Below are positions 16,966-27,975 of a DNA stretch of 54,850 bases, in pieces. Position 1 is the first letter of the stretch. Each line of letters opens with the position of its first letter. The position numbers were made by a program, and so were the translations under genes. Below the pieces are notes generated by a model. The model made no database searches, was not told where the DNA came from, and saw only the letters and a list, made by a program, of their open reading frames with translations. The DNA is taken from NCBI GenBank assembly GCA_021802105.1, contig JAKAAW010000003.1, positions 1 to 54,850 of the forward strand. The letters are read 5' to 3'. This DNA is from Nanobdellota archaeon. GTDB taxonomy: Archaea; Nanobdellota; Nanobdellia; Parvarchaeales; Parvarchaeaceae.

Positions 16966-17487
16966 ATGATAATAGCGATAAGCGGTACGCCCGGTGTAGG
17001 CAAGAGCAAAGTGGCTGAACTCTTAGCTAGGAAACTAGGATATAGAGTTATCGAGGTGAACAGGCTTTTGGGTATACCGCATGGAAAAGAAGTGGAAGTT
17101 TCAATAAGTAAGCTTGAGAAGACGGTCGAGCACAATCTTAGTGATAATGTCGTGATTGTATCACACCTAGCGCATTTCCTACACGACAAAAGGATAAAAT
17201 ATTTCTTTGTGCTTAGATGTGAGCCCCCTGTGTTAATAAAAAGACTTAGGAGAAGAGGATACAATAACTTGAAGGTTTATGACAATGTGATGTTCGAAGC
17301 GATAGACGGCACCTATCTAGAAGCGTCTAAGTTGCATAGAAATATAATCCATATTGACAACACCAAAAATATCGACGAAACCGTAAACGCTATACTATTT
17401 TTGATTAAGAAGGGAAAAGTGCCTACACAGTTCAGCGGAGATTACAGCAAGTACATAATAAGTCTGGAGAGAGCGCTCAAAAGATAG
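16966..17487 (+). CDS. Fap7/AK6-type adenylate kinase-like NTPase
   Basis: P-loop at the N-terminus (MIIAISGTPGVGKSKVA). 173 aa. Confidence 0.65.
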   Translation: MIIAISGTPGVGKSKVAELLARKLGYRVIEVNRLLGIPHGKEVEVSISKLEKTVEHNLSDNVVIVSHLAHFLHDKRIKYFFVLRCEPPVLIKRLRRRGYNNLKVYDNVMFEAIDGTYLEASKLHRNIIHIDNTKNIDETVNAILFLIKKGKVPTQFSGDYSKYIISLERALKR

Positions 17488-17491
17488 AGCT

Positions 17492-18151
17492 TTATCTGCT
17501 CGATTCTGCCTGTCTTTCTGTGTCTATTCTCTTAGAGATTGGGAAAACGGAATCCTGATTGTTTGCTGCTCCTACTAATATATCATGCAGAGCATCATCG
17601 GCTTTTTTACCCGAAAAAGATGACTGAAACGTCCCTTGTGCTATCCACCTGAGAGCCATGTCGAGTCTTCGTATAGGAGCAGTATCAACCTGTTTCGCTA
17701 TCCTCTGACCTGCTATCAGAAGAGACATTACCTCCTCTTTAGGCGCTGAATTTTCTATAGCTTTGACAAGAACCTGTATAGGGTTCTTCCCTTCCTTTTG
17801 TATCCTATCAAATGCGCTGTCAACTATAAGGAAGGTTGTATAGAATCTTCCTGATGCAATCTTTGACGTCCTAAGATGCTTTTTACCTTTATGACCCGGC
17901 ACCATAAGGTGTGTTATGAGTCTCTCTACGATGTTTACCCTGCTTCGCGCAAGTCTCTGCTGAGAGGTTCTACCACTGCTTTTTGGCATGAGCATAGGCT
18001 TAAGCGCAATCACTTTCGCCAGCCCAGGGTCCTTGACTTCTACATTGAAATCGTACTTACCGAAAAGCTTTATTTCAGAGATCTCTTTTTCTTCTTGCTT
18101 CTCTTCTTTCTCGTGTTTTCTCTCTTTCATAACATGTTCAGTTTCTTCCAT
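17492..18151 (-). CDS. rps7: Ribosomal protein uS7 with an E/K-rich N-terminal extension
   Basis: ..IKLFGKYDF.. through ..AESSR. It sits after S12 in the conserved cluster. Confidence 0.9.
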   Translation of the reverse strand: MEETEHVMKERKHEKEEKQEEKEISEIKLFGKYDFNVEVKDPGLAKVIALKPMLMPKSSGRTSQQRLARSRVNIVERLITHLMVPGHKGKKHLRTSKIASGRFYTTFLIVDSAFDRIQKEGKNPIQVLVKAIENSAPKEEVMSLLIAGQRIAKQVDTAPIRRLDMALRWIAQGTFQSSFSGKKADDALHDILVGAANNQDSVFPISKRIDTERQAESSR

Positions 18152-18155
18152 AATT

Positions 18156-18593
18156 TTATCTCATTGGTTTTTGTTTTCTTCCCTTTACTAGCTCCTTAAG
18201 TGCTATACCGTTTACGCTTACTATCTTAAACTTTACACCTGGGAGGTCTCCCCTCGCTCCTTTCTGCGCACCGCCTATCCTCTCTACGACGACATCATTG
18301 TGCTCATCCACAAAAGAGATTCCCTTATTCAGGGGGATGTACGCAGTGACTACTTTACCATTCTTTGTAAGTTGCACTTTACAGGACTTCCTCTTTCCAG
18401 ATGAAGGTTTCTTAGGCGTTACTTCAACCTTTTCTAGGACTATTCCTTTTGCTTGTGGTGCTCCCTCTAGTGGGTCGTATCTCTCCCAGTCCTTAAAGAA
18501 ATAGGACCTGCTTCTGTTCTTACTGAACCTCACTCTTTTCTTACGCTTCAGCAGCATCCTTCCATTAAACAAACCTCTTGTTTTATTTCCCAT
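18156..18593 (-). CDS. rps12: Ribosomal protein uS12
   Basis: ..PKKPSSGKRKSCKVQL..GVKFKIV.., 145 aa. Confidence 0.9.
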   Translation of the reverse strand: MGNKTRGLFNGRMLLKRKKRVRFSKNRSRSYFFKDWERYDPLEGAPQAKGIVLEKVEVTPKKPSSGKRKSCKVQLTKNGKVVTAYIPLNKGISFVDEHNDVVVERIGGAQKGARGDLPGVKFKIVSVNGIALKELVKGRKQKPMR

Positions 18594-18597
18594 AATA

Positions 18598-19002
18598 TTA
18601 TCTGATATTTACATTAGTTATATTAAAATACCTTTGCATTAGCGATTTTATCAGTTTTATCTTTGAATATGAAAGTTTTGTCTCGACGGTCACCTCAAGT
18701 TTCTTGGAATTATCCTGATCCTTTGCCACATAGCCAGAAAGCAATTTGTTTGGTCTTATCATATTTTCAAAGAGCTTAACTGGATCATCGGAGTACTCAA
18801 CGACTATTACTTCCTTTTTAAGCATCTCCTGGAGCATCTTTATCTTTGTACCGTTCTTTCCTATAGAGATGCCAGCCTGACCCTGACTTACAACGAATAT
18901 TATCTTATCGTCCTCTGTGAGGGAATCCCTCGCTGGTATGGACGTAACATCCGAAAAAACGTTCATTGCAGAGATGGTATCACTATCTAATTTTATACCC
19001 AT
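18598..19002 (-). CDS. nusA: Archaeal NusA-like protein (two KH domains)
   Basis: 134 aa with ..GQAGISIGKNGTKIKML... It sits between L30e and S12. Confidence 0.8.
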   Translation of the reverse strand: MGIKLDSDTISAMNVFSDVTSIPARDSLTEDDKIIFVVSQGQAGISIGKNGTKIKMLQEMLKKEVIVVEYSDDPVKLFENMIRPNKLLSGYVAKDQDNSKKLEVTVETKLSYSKIKLIKSLMQRYFNITNVNIR

Positions 19003-19005
19003 ACT

Positions 19006-19269
19006 CTATTTTTTAATTCCTAGAACTGATATGTTGAATGACTTACCGCAAGCGATTGATAGAGCCTCGTTGTCACCGTCGTATTCATAAAGCTGTACTC
19101 CTGATTCGGATAATTTATTCTTAATGCTATCGCTAACGTTCGATGCGTATATCACGAACTCAATCTCACCGTTCTTGGTCGCCCTAACGACTGAGTTAAG
19201 ACCTATATAAACGGCTTTATTCTTTATTTTCTCTTGCATCTTTTTCCTTATTTTCTCTTCCATTTTCAT
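19006..19269 (-). CDS. rpl30e: Ribosomal protein eL30
   Basis: ..[24 protein letters not shown]...[13 protein letters not shown]... The start may be one of the downstream ATGs (19263 or 19239). It overlaps the end of rpoA''. Confidence 0.8.
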   Translation of the reverse strand: MKMEEKIRKKMQEKIKNKAVYIGLNSVVRATKNGEIEFVIYASNVSDSIKNKLSESGVQLYEYDGDNEALSIACGKSFNISVLGIKK

Positions 19270-20338
19270 TCACTACTAACTTTATTGCTCCTGTCCCTAT
19301 AGGTATAACCTGATTGGACATTATATTGTTTGCCACGAAGCTGAACTCATCAACTTCATGGTAAAGACTGGCCTCAATTAAGTGTTTAAGGGGAATCTCA
19401 AAGGATGCCCTCGCAAACACTGATTCTGTTTCACCGCTAAGACCATACCTTCCTATACCACGCACTGTACCGTCTACGCACATCGCGTCGGCAATTAAAA
19501 AGATATGTCGCAGATCTACGTTAAGACCTACGTTCTGAAGCGTGTTATAAACTTCATCTATAATAAGATTCCTAGCAGCTTCTATACCTAATACGTTGGA
19601 AACTTCCACAACATCGTTCGATATTGTCCTTGTCTGATCGACTTCGTCTAGCTTTAATATCTCTTCTACGTTTGAACCCATTGTTTTTATCCAGAAAGTG
19701 TCATCTTTGTCCCTCGTTAATATCGCCCTGCTTACACGGGGTATGCCTGATAGTGTTATGTCGACCACTTTATTGTGAAGTTTTATCAGTTTCTTCACGC
19801 TGTCTACTGTCTTGTCTATGATTATTATTTTATCATCGTTTATGTGGGCGTTAAGCTTCGTCTTTCCAAGCTTTGACTCAATAACCTTTGTGCTTAAACC
19901 ATATTGTTTTATTGTGTCTTTGTCAATCACCAGTTCAACTGACTTCTTTCTTATAGAGATATCATAAGAGGAGATTATATCTCCTATTTTTATCTCTATG
20001 ATCCGAGATGCGATATCCGACACTTTTTGCTTGGATTTTGCGTATTCTGGCTTTAAGTATATCTCCATGACAGGTGTCGAGATCTCTTTTTTGGCATCAA
20101 ATATCTCAACTAGTCTAGGAAGTCCGGAAGTTGTGTTTATAACGGTAAGACCAGCCGCGTGCTTTGTTCTAAGTGTAAGCTGAGTACTTGCCTCTCCTAT
20201 ACTCTGTGCAGCTATAACCCCCACAGCTTCTCCTGGTGTTATAAGAGAATGCTCGTACAGTTTCCTAAGTTCTTCTATATCGGCCTTTTCGCCATATTTA
20301 TCCTTGTAAGCTTTCACGTATTTTTCTGGTATTTCCAT
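19217..20338 (-). CDS. rpoA2: DNA-directed RNA polymerase subunit A''
   Basis: ..[25 protein letters not shown]... The start is set to ATG 20338, 1 nt after the rpoA' stop. Confidence 0.9.
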   Translation of the reverse strand: MEIPEKYVKAYKDKYGEKADIEELRKLYEHSLITPGEAVGVIAAQSIGEASTQLTLRTKHAAGLTVINTTSGLPRLVEIFDAKKEISTPVMEIYLKPEYAKSKQKVSDIASRIIEIKIGDIISSYDISIRKKSVELVIDKDTIKQYGLSTKVIESKLGKTKLNAHINDDKIIIIDKTVDSVKKLIKLHNKVVDITLSGIPRVSRAILTRDKDDTFWIKTMGSNVEEILKLDEVDQTRTISNDVVEVSNVLGIEAARNLIIDEVYNTLQNVGLNVDLRHIFLIADAMCVDGTVRGIGRYGLSGETESVFARASFEIPLKHLIEASLYHEVDEFSFVANNIMSNQVIPIGTGAIKLVVNENGRENKEKDARENKE

Positions 20339-20339
20339 A

Positions 20340-22862
20340 TTAAATCTTAAGTTCCCCCTTGTCGCTGGCAGATACATCAATGCCATCCTCTCCATACTTG
20401 AACTGGATTATCTTATTGCCTAGCCTTACTGAAAGATCATTTTTGACTTTTAGATCTTGAAGAGCAGATGATAGACGCCTCTGCATGTAACCAGAGATGG
20501 GAGTACGTATTACATTGTCCATTAATCCCTCACGGCTACTTGCTGCGTGCAGGAAGTATTCGACTGGGTTAAGACCTTTCTTATAATTTGACGTTATGAA
20601 ACCGCGTGCCATAAGCCCGTTGTCTCCCTTCTTAGAGTGCGATGTAAGCCTGCCTTCGAACCCGTTGCTTATTCTTACGTCTCTAAGGAGCTGCTGTCCT
20701 ACAAGGCCCACCATAGGGATCAAGTTTGTCATGCTACCTTTAGCACCAGTGTTCATCATTGCTTCGACGTTATTATTTTTACTCTCTATGAACGCGCTGA
20801 TTACATTTCTAACGCGCACTTTAAGTTTGTTAGTCAAACTGACCATCTTAGGCTCCAAAAGAGGATCTTGTTCCTTAATGATGTCATTTGCAGCGTCAAT
20901 GCCATCCTTTACTACCTCGGAGATCTTTGTGTAAGCGGCATCTGGGAGATCAAAATCGCTCATGCTTATACTCATGCCATTCTTAAGCAGTACTATAAGG
21001 CTGAGTTTTGAGAACTGATCTATGAAGCGGGATGTTATATCAGGTCCGTACCTTACGAACAGGAATTGAAGAAGACTTCCATTTTCTTTACCGATGGTTG
21101 CGCTGTCTATTACGCCGGTGGTAAGCTTCCCATTCTTTATCCTAACATATGAATCATCATCGTTTGTTATCTTATAAGTCGTACTTTGACTTTCAAAGTT
21201 GAGATCGTCTGGCAGAAGCATACTGAACACTTCTCTGCCGGAGTATTTCTCCTTCTTGAGAGGTGCTGGTATTCCTATCGCTGACAGAAGGAATTCTACC
21301 GTCGCTTTGTCGACAATGGTGTTCTTGTCGGTGAGTATGGCGCATCCGGATATATAATCTTGTACCGCTCCTATAAGAGGTAACCCGTGCCTAGGCGAGA
21401 CGATATTGTGCTTTATGTTTATTATCATGTCAGCTTCGGCGAGAGCCTCTTCATTCTGAAGGACGTGTATGTTCATCTCGTCGCCGTCGAAATCTGCATT
21501 ATAAGGGAGAGTCGCTGAAGGGTTTATACCAAGAGTGTTATATGGGAGGACCTTTGCGTAATGTCCCATAATCGAAAGCCTGTGAAGTGACGGCTGCCTA
21601 TTAAAAAGCATGATGTCACCGTCTATTATGTGCCTTTCAACGATGTATCCAGGCTTCAATTCATCTATGGTGTTCTGAACTGTAGACTCAGTTATCTTTT
21701 TCTTTATACCGTCTGGTGTTATTATATAATTCGCTCCAGGGTAAGAGTTGTAGTTCTTTACAAGTACTTTCATCCTGTCAAGATTGATTTCTGTTATATA
21801 CTCTGGGAAGGTTATTTCCTTTGCTATCTTTATAGGTACTCCAACTTCGTCAAGGCGAAGGAACGGATCCGGGGCTATGACCGAGCGGGCCCCGTAGTTT
21901 ACCCTCTTACCTAAAACTGAGCTTCTAAAGCGACCCTCTTTTCCTTTGACCCTATCCTCAAGTGTCTTAAGCTTCTTTCCGGATTTGTGTCTTGCTACGG
22001 GTATCTGTGCTGTTCCATTTGATATAAATGTAGTAACATGATACTGTAAAAGATCCCAAAGCTCGTCTATTATTATTTCAGGCGCACCTGATTTTATGTT
22101 CTCAGCAAGCCTCTGATTGGTTCTTACTATGTCTGTAAGTTTGTGTGTAAGGTCATCTTCACTTCTCTGACCATTCTCAAGAGTTATAGAAGGCCTGATT
22201 GTTATTGATGGCACAGACAATAACGTTATTATCATCCATTCAGGTCTGGAGTGATCTGGATCAAGACCCATAAACTGAAGATCTGAATCTTTTATCTTTT
22301 CCAGCCTCTCAAGGATATCGACAGCAGTAAGCTTTTGACCTGCGTACATGAATGTGTAAGGTTTCTCTAGCTTTATTTTCTGCTGCTTTTCATGGCAGAA
22401 AGGACACACGCTGACGTTTTTTGCATGCTTTACTATAGCTTTTATCGTCCTATTCTTCTTCTGTAACCCTTCGTGCGCTTCTACAGTTACTAACATCTCG
22501 CTGAATTTCTTAAGGTTATTTTCTGGTATAAGTATCCTGCCGCACGCGTTGCATGTAGAGTTTATAAAATTGTATATAAATGGGACCATCTTAATGTTAA
22601 AGACAGGTCTTGCGAGTTCTATGTGTCCAAAGTGACCTGGACAGTCTCTTATAGTATTTCCGCATGTCTTACATATCAGTCCTGGATCAGTTACGCCCAT
22701 CCTAAGGTCTGATAGCCCTCCATCTACAGGGAAACCATCAATATCATAAAGTTCTGATGAGGTTACAGCGACAGTGCTCATCTTCTGTATCGTCTTCGGA
22801 GATAACACTCCAAATTCTATTCCATCTATCTTGTTGAAAACAAAGTTCGAATCGAGTCTCAT
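20340..22862 (-). CDS. rpoA1: DNA-directed RNA polymerase subunit A'
   Basis: 840 aa with a Zn-binding CKTCG..CPGHFGH and the catalytic [10 protein letters not shown]. Confidence 0.95.
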   Translation of the reverse strand: MRLDSNFVFNKIDGIEFGVLSPKTIQKMSTVAVTSSELYDIDGFPVDGGLSDLRMGVTDPGLICKTCGNTIRDCPGHFGHIELARPVFNIKMVPFIYNFINSTCNACGRILIPENNLKKFSEMLVTVEAHEGLQKKNRTIKAIVKHAKNVSVCPFCHEKQQKIKLEKPYTFMYAGQKLTAVDILERLEKIKDSDLQFMGLDPDHSRPEWMIITLLSVPSITIRPSITLENGQRSEDDLTHKLTDIVRTNQRLAENIKSGAPEIIIDELWDLLQYHVTTFISNGTAQIPVARHKSGKKLKTLEDRVKGKEGRFRSSVLGKRVNYGARSVIAPDPFLRLDEVGVPIKIAKEITFPEYITEINLDRMKVLVKNYNSYPGANYIITPDGIKKKITESTVQNTIDELKPGYIVERHIIDGDIMLFNRQPSLHRLSIMGHYAKVLPYNTLGINPSATLPYNADFDGDEMNIHVLQNEEALAEADMIINIKHNIVSPRHGLPLIGAVQDYISGCAILTDKNTIVDKATVEFLLSAIGIPAPLKKEKYSGREVFSMLLPDDLNFESQSTTYKITNDDDSYVRIKNGKLTTGVIDSATIGKENGSLLQFLFVRYGPDITSRFIDQFSKLSLIVLLKNGMSISMSDFDLPDAAYTKISEVVKDGIDAANDIIKEQDPLLEPKMVSLTNKLKVRVRNVISAFIESKNNNVEAMMNTGAKGSMTNLIPMVGLVGQQLLRDVRISNGFEGRLTSHSKKGDNGLMARGFITSNYKKGLNPVEYFLHAASSREGLMDNVIRTPISGYMQRRLSSALQDLKVKNDLSVRLGNKIIQFKYGEDGIDVSASDKGELKI

Positions 22863-24661
22863 ACCTTTTTACCTAACAATATCTTTGGATATATACCGAC
22901 AGCTTTAAGCTCATCGAGGAGTATCTTGAACGAAGCAGATACTTCTATGAGTTTTATCGGAGCGTCCTCTCCGTCTATCTGGCAATATCCCGTTTTCTTA
23001 CGTACGTTGTAAACGGCGGTCAGACCGCACTTCGAGCATACTGGGATGGATATCTTATCCGAATCGAATCTTTCTTTAAGAGCCAACGCCGCACCGTAAG
23101 CCACGAAACAGTCTTTCTCCATTTCTCCCAACCTTAGACCACCGCTCTTGGACTTCCCCTCAGTTGGCTGTCTTGTAAGAAGCTGTATAGGGCCCCTCGA
23201 GCGCCACTGTATCTTGTTCGCTACGAAGTGCTTTAATCTTATATACATCATATCTCCAACAAATATCCTAACTTTCATTTCTTCACCGGTTATTCCATTG
23301 TACATTGTCTCTACACCGTTCTCTCTAAAACCGTATGACTTTAGTTCATTTCTTAGCTCTTCTTCGCTCTCTCCTGTGAAAGGAGTGCCGTCAACATGCC
23401 TGCCACCAAGGGCACCTACTTTCCCAGCTATGAGTTCTAAAAGGTATGACATTGACATTCTTGAAGGAAGCGAATAGGGCGAGAATATTAGATCCGGCGT
23501 TATTCCTGAGTATGTGAATGGCATATCCTCTTCATTGAGCAGCATACCGACGACTCCTTTCTGTCCGCTCCTGGAACCAAATTTGTCACCAATCTCTACT
23601 CTTCTATCCTGTCTTACCTTAACTGATACGTACTTATTACCATCGAATGTTGAAGTTAAGAAAACGTTGTCAACCGTTCCGCTCTCTCCGGTCCTGCACT
23701 CTACAGAGGTTTCTATCTGCTTCTGAACGCCTAATCTAAACTTATCTATTGAGGAGATAAATCTAGGAGGAGAAACCCTACCTATAAGTACATCGCCACT
23801 ATCTACTTCCACTGAAGGGAATACTATCCCATCCTCATCAAGGAATTGGTAGGCATCTTCAGATCTATATCCAATTACATCCTTATCTGGTATTATTATC
23901 TTATCACTCTGTCCACCTATATACCTAGTCTCCTCTATTTTATATGGCCTAAAGAACATCGACCTGAAGAGCCCTCTATCAACCGAAGCCTTGTTTATTA
24001 TTACGGCGTCGTCCATATTATATCCCAGGTAGGATACTACTGCTACGACTATATTTTGACCGAAAACGTGGCTGTTAAAGGCAGGATCGTCGTACATTTT
24101 TGTCTTGACTATAGGTACCTGTTGATCCACAGCAACCATTGAGTCGTTGTCCATTCTTATAAGATAATTGTTCGAATAGATTCCTACACCCTGTTGTACA
24201 CTTTTAACAGCGGTAACATTTCTGTGCGCATTACTGTGATTTACAAAAGGAAGCATAGCCACTTGCGTACCGAAGATAGATAAAGGCGTAATTTCCATGT
24301 GCGTGTGTTCGGCAGTCAGTTCTTCTTCGCTGAGTGCAACGTAAGCATCCTCTTCTTCATCAGCATCTAGATACTCTATCTTCCCATCCTTCACGAGGTC
24401 CCCCCATGTTATATGACCATCACTTAAAAGACTTACGTCTTCTTTGGTAACCATAGGTTTCCCGTTCTTGACAACGATAAGAGCCCTGACTAGACGACCT
24501 CCATCAGTGTTTATCACGACTGTGTCTGTCTCTTTCCTGTACCTTACATTTAGACTACTAGGGAGTTTACCGCTTCTTCTGTCTGTTATGAGATTCTTTA
24601 CAAGTTTGCGGGGTTCTTCTATCTGGCCGCTAAGCACGCCATTTAAAAATACGAAACTCAT
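22859..24661 (-). CDS. rpoB1: DNA-directed RNA polymerase subunit B' (C-terminal part of split RpoB)
   Basis: 600 aa with ..GDKFGSRSGQKGV.., ..GGLRLGEMEKDC.. and a C-terminal Zn ribbon. ATGA overlaps at both ends. Confidence 0.95.
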   Translation of the reverse strand: MSFVFLNGVLSGQIEEPRKLVKNLITDRRSGKLPSSLNVRYRKETDTVVINTDGGRLVRALIVVKNGKPMVTKEDVSLLSDGHITWGDLVKDGKIEYLDADEEEDAYVALSEEELTAEHTHMEITPLSIFGTQVAMLPFVNHSNAHRNVTAVKSVQQGVGIYSNNYLIRMDNDSMVAVDQQVPIVKTKMYDDPAFNSHVFGQNIVVAVVSYLGYNMDDAVIINKASVDRGLFRSMFFRPYKIEETRYIGGQSDKIIIPDKDVIGYRSEDAYQFLDEDGIVFPSVEVDSGDVLIGRVSPPRFISSIDKFRLGVQKQIETSVECRTGESGTVDNVFLTSTFDGNKYVSVKVRQDRRVEIGDKFGSRSGQKGVVGMLLNEEDMPFTYSGITPDLIFSPYSLPSRMSMSYLLELIAGKVGALGGRHVDGTPFTGESEEELRNELKSYGFRENGVETMYNGITGEEMKVRIFVGDMMYIRLKHFVANKIQWRSRGPIQLLTRQPTEGKSKSGGLRLGEMEKDCFVAYGAALALKERFDSDKISIPVCSKCGLTAVYNVRKKTGYCQIDGEDAPIKLIEVSASFKILLDELKAVGIYPKILLGKKV

Positions 24662-26136
24662 AACGATTTCACTCCATACTCTTTTATCTTATTAATAACT
24701 TCAGTGTTATCGGCTCCGTCCTCCGATATCCTAGCGAGTATCGCTATGTTTTTTGTCAGTCCAATATTGGGACCTTCAGGGGTCTCAGTTGCGCAGAATC
24801 TACCAAAGTGTGTACCGTGAAGGTCCCTAGCCCTCGAATTTTCCCTATTAGACGTCAATAGAGATTCAACTTTTCTAAGATGTGAAACGGTATCAGGGAA
24901 GCTTCGTCTGTTGAGGTGCTGTGTTATCCCAACTCTTCCGCCAACCCATTGACCGGTGGCAAGAGAAGACCTAAGCCTTGATGTTAGCTGGTCTGATGTA
25001 AATATGTGCTTTGGGTTTGGGATCCTGTCCTTTCTTATTCCTCTCTCGAAGTTATACTTTGCGTCATTAAGTATCTGCTTGAAAACGAACCTGAAAAGCA
25101 TATCTAAATTATAACTTTCTGCATGAAGTCTCTTATTTGAGTAGTGATCTTTGTCAACCTCTTTCTTGTTCATGGAATACGAAAGCATAGTGGAAATAAC
25201 ATAAATTAGATACTCTCCTTTCATCCTCCTAGACTGTTCATCTCTGCCTAAGAAAGGAAATAGCAGAGCATCTATGTTAGATGACGCGGTATCGATTGGG
25301 TGAACAGAGTGTAAAGATTTACCTATAGTCTCTAAAGCGTCTTTCTCGCTATCAGCGTTGTAAGCAAGAAGATTTATGTTTACAGTGTTCTCTATGTCCT
25401 CATCGCCCTTTGCCACTTTTTTTATCAGTTCGTTTTCGTTGGTGAAACCGAGTGCTTTAAGAAGTGTAAACACAGGGATCTTTTTCAATTTGCCAAAAGT
25501 TATGTAAAGAAGATTGCTGCTAGAAAGCTGCACTGTGTGTGGAACCTTTATGTTCTCTGCATCAGCGAAAATCTTTGCAGAGTATACGAATCCTTCCTGA
25601 CTCTCCTTGCTTATCAATATGTTATTTGGAGCAAGATCCTCCGTAGTTATTATTATTCTTTCTGTTCCATTTATTATAAAATAGCCCCCGGGATCGTCCG
25701 GATCTTCATTAAATTTTACCAGCTCTTCCCTTGATAGGCCGTTAAGGTTGCAGTATTTAGATTTTACAACGACAGGTATCCTGCCTATAAAGACCTCCTC
25801 TTCGGCTATCTGCTTCTTATCAGCTATATATGACACATTTAGAACCATCGGTGCATCGTATGTAAGATCCCTTATTCTTGCCTCCATAGGAGTCAGCTGT
25901 CTCAGCACGCCATCCGCCTCTAATATATCTGGTTTGCCTATGGTTATCTTACCCAATTTTATAATGAAAGTTGTGATGCCCTGCGGTTTCATTACAGGTT
26001 CTACGGCGTTCTCACTGTCTACTATTTTCTGTATACCCTGATCTAAGAAATATTCAAATGATGAGATATGGTGTCCCGCTATATTATTCGACTTTATGGC
26101 CATCTCCAGCAATTTGTCATTAGTTTCCCTATTCAT
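24658..26136 (-). CDS. rpoB2: DNA-directed RNA polymerase subunit B'' (N-terminal part of split RpoB)
   Basis: 492 aa with ..HFGRFCATETPEGPNIGL.. near the C-terminus. Confidence 0.95.
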   Translation of the reverse strand: MNRETNDKLLEMAIKSNNIAGHHISSFEYFLDQGIQKIVDSENAVEPVMKPQGITTFIIKLGKITIGKPDILEADGVLRQLTPMEARIRDLTYDAPMVLNVSYIADKKQIAEEEVFIGRIPVVVKSKYCNLNGLSREELVKFNEDPDDPGGYFIINGTERIIITTEDLAPNNILISKESQEGFVYSAKIFADAENIKVPHTVQLSSSNLLYITFGKLKKIPVFTLLKALGFTNENELIKKVAKGDEDIENTVNINLLAYNADSEKDALETIGKSLHSVHPIDTASSNIDALLFPFLGRDEQSRRMKGEYLIYVISTMLSYSMNKKEVDKDHYSNKRLHAESYNLDMLFRFVFKQILNDAKYNFERGIRKDRIPNPKHIFTSDQLTSRLRSSLATGQWVGGRVGITQHLNRRSFPDTVSHLRKVESLLTSNRENSRARDLHGTHFGRFCATETPEGPNIGLTKNIAILARISEDGADNTEVINKIKEYGVKSL

Positions 26137-26142
26137 AATAAA

Positions 26143-26403
26143 TCACTTCACCACAAGGCGATAATACGCTGCTTCACCTGCTGTAGCGCTATCACGCGTT
26201 ATCTCCAGCACGTCTCCTTCATTGGCATTAAGCTGCTTCACCGCCGGATCGGTTAGTTTTATTTTCGGCAAATCTCTCATTGAAATCTTAAACTTCTCTA
26301 AGAGTGCCGATATTTCATCTGGAGTAAGCACTCTATATTTCGGCGAAAGGCGGCTGCTAAAAACGTCTAAATCCAAGTGGGAAACCTCGTAAGTGATTTT
26401 CAA
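26143..26403 (-). CDS. rpoH: DNA-directed RNA polymerase subunit H
   Basis: 86 aa with ..LPKIKLTDPAVKQL..GDVLEITRDSATAGEAAYYRLVV. The start codon in the track is TTG. Confidence 0.8.
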   Translation of the reverse strand: MKITYEVSHLDLDVFSSRLSPKYRVLTPDEISALLEKFKISMRDLPKIKLTDPAVKQLNANEGDVLEITRDSATAGEAAYYRLVVK

Positions 26404-26520
26404 TTAGTTAAAGTGATATTACGACTATATAAAGCTTTCGGTCCGTTTATTTTACGTAAAAAGTCCAAAAAAACGGTTAGAAAATACACTTTTAACTACT
26501 CTATAATAAGTTTGCTATCT

Positions 26521-27294
26521 TCAGACAGGGTTGCTTAGTATACTAGCCATAAACGGCGGTCTCCTGTATGTGCTCTGAGCTTTTATTATCTTATACAATG
26601 TATCTGAACTAAACAGAAAAGACAGAGAAATAAACGGTACAAATATGCTTAGCAGGAGTATCCTAATTGCTAAGGATACGTTAAACGCTAAGGATATGTA
26701 TAGTAGTACCGCCGCCATAACAAAGTATATTACTAATAAGAGCATACATTTCACAAATGAGCCTCTTGCGGTTTCTGTGGACTCCTTAAGCGCATCCATA
26801 AAGGTGAAATCCTGGCCGTGGTTGAGCACTGAGAAGAAAACTATTCTTGTGCCAAAATAAAACCCTGGTATTATAAACAACACCGCACCGCCTATAAAAA
26901 CGAACAGCTGGAATACGCTTGCAACTAGGAATTTTGGATACTTTAAAGCAGCAACCACAACAAGTTCCTTCCAGCGCATTCTTGCTTTTGTTTCCATCCT
27001 TCTCTTTACCTCAAGCCCGAGCGACAGCAGATAGAAAAAAAAGAAGAATTCCAGCGCAACTAAAGCCAGTGCTGAAGGTATCACATATGAAGGGTATATC
27101 GTTGTATATTCAGTACTAAACGGAGCAGAAGAGACTAGGTTTAGAACTGAATACAAACCTCCATAGCTTATCAAGAAAAGAGTGGCTACCATTGCGACGA
27201 AAACCGGCAATATATTTGCTCTAAAAACGCCGTTGCGCACTATACCTGAATAAACAGAATTCATCAAATCTGACTTTATGTTTACTGAGCCCAT
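26521..27294 (-). CDS. Polytopic membrane protein, function unknown
   Basis: 257 aa with about 6 hydrophobic segments. No family recognised. Confidence 0.5.
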   Translation of the reverse strand: MGSVNIKSDLMNSVYSGIVRNGVFRANILPVFVAMVATLFLISYGGLYSVLNLVSSAPFSTEYTTIYPSYVIPSALALVALEFFFFFYLLSLGLEVKRRMETKARMRWKELVVVAALKYPKFLVASVFQLFVFIGGAVLFIIPGFYFGTRIVFFSVLNHGQDFTFMDALKESTETARGSFVKCMLLLVIYFVMAAVLLYISLAFNVSLAIRILLLSIFVPFISLSFLFSSDTLYKIIKAQSTYRRPPFMASILSNPV

Positions 27295-27322
27295 GGATAA
27301 TTATACTGCTCTAAATTTATAA

Positions 27323-27973
27323 TCATTTAGAGATTAGCTTGTTTCTATAATATCCCTTCTTATCATATTCACAGTAGCTGTATATTGGACAACGGTAACA
27401 CTTAGGGGCTATCGGTTTGCAAGTATCTCTGCCAAATTGGACAAGAATATGATTGGTTATCAAGCGGAGATTCTTTGGAAGCATAGTCTCCAAAATTTCC
27501 TCTGTCTTCTCCGGTTTTTCCTTTGGCTTAACTGCGCCCAGTCTTTGAGCGATTCTGTTAACGTGCGTGTCTACAGGTATGTAGGGCAGCCCGAAAGCCC
27601 ATACCAGCACCAGTGCAGCGACCTTGTTGCCCACGCCAGGTATTGATATTAGGTCTTTTTTGTTTCTAGGCACCTTTCCATGAAATTTTTCTATAAGCAC
27701 AGAGCACGCTTCTTTAAGTAGCTTTGATTTTGTCTTGTAGAAGCCCACTGGATATATCAATTTCTCTATATCACTAGTTTTCATATGCATCATTTTATAG
27801 GGAGAATCTGCTTTGCCTAGAAGTCTTTTTTGCGCTGGGAATGTCGTCGTATCCTTGGTCCTTGTTGAGAGTATACCGTGCACTAGTATCTCGAACGGAT
27901 CCCCTGTCTCTGCCCTTACTTTATAAATTTTCGCCAGGGCTTTTATCGCCTTCGACAGTTGTTTTTTATCCAT
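27323..27973 (-). CDS. nth: Endonuclease III (HhH-GPD glycosylase with a 4Fe-4S cluster)
   Basis: ..ISIPGVGNKVAALVL..DTHV.. and the C-terminal CKPIAPKCYRCPIYSYC. ATG 27973 is preferred over the TTG 27979 in the track. Confidence 0.85.
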   Translation of the reverse strand: MDKKQLSKAIKALAKIYKVRAETGDPFEILVHGILSTRTKDTTTFPAQKRLLGKADSPYKMMHMKTSDIEKLIYPVGFYKTKSKLLKEACSVLIEKFHGKVPRNKKDLISIPGVGNKVAALVLVWAFGLPYIPVDTHVNRIAQRLGAVKPKEKPEKTEEILETMLPKNLRLITNHILVQFGRDTCKPIAPKCYRCPIYSYCEYDKKGYYRNKLISK

Positions 27974-27975
27974 GG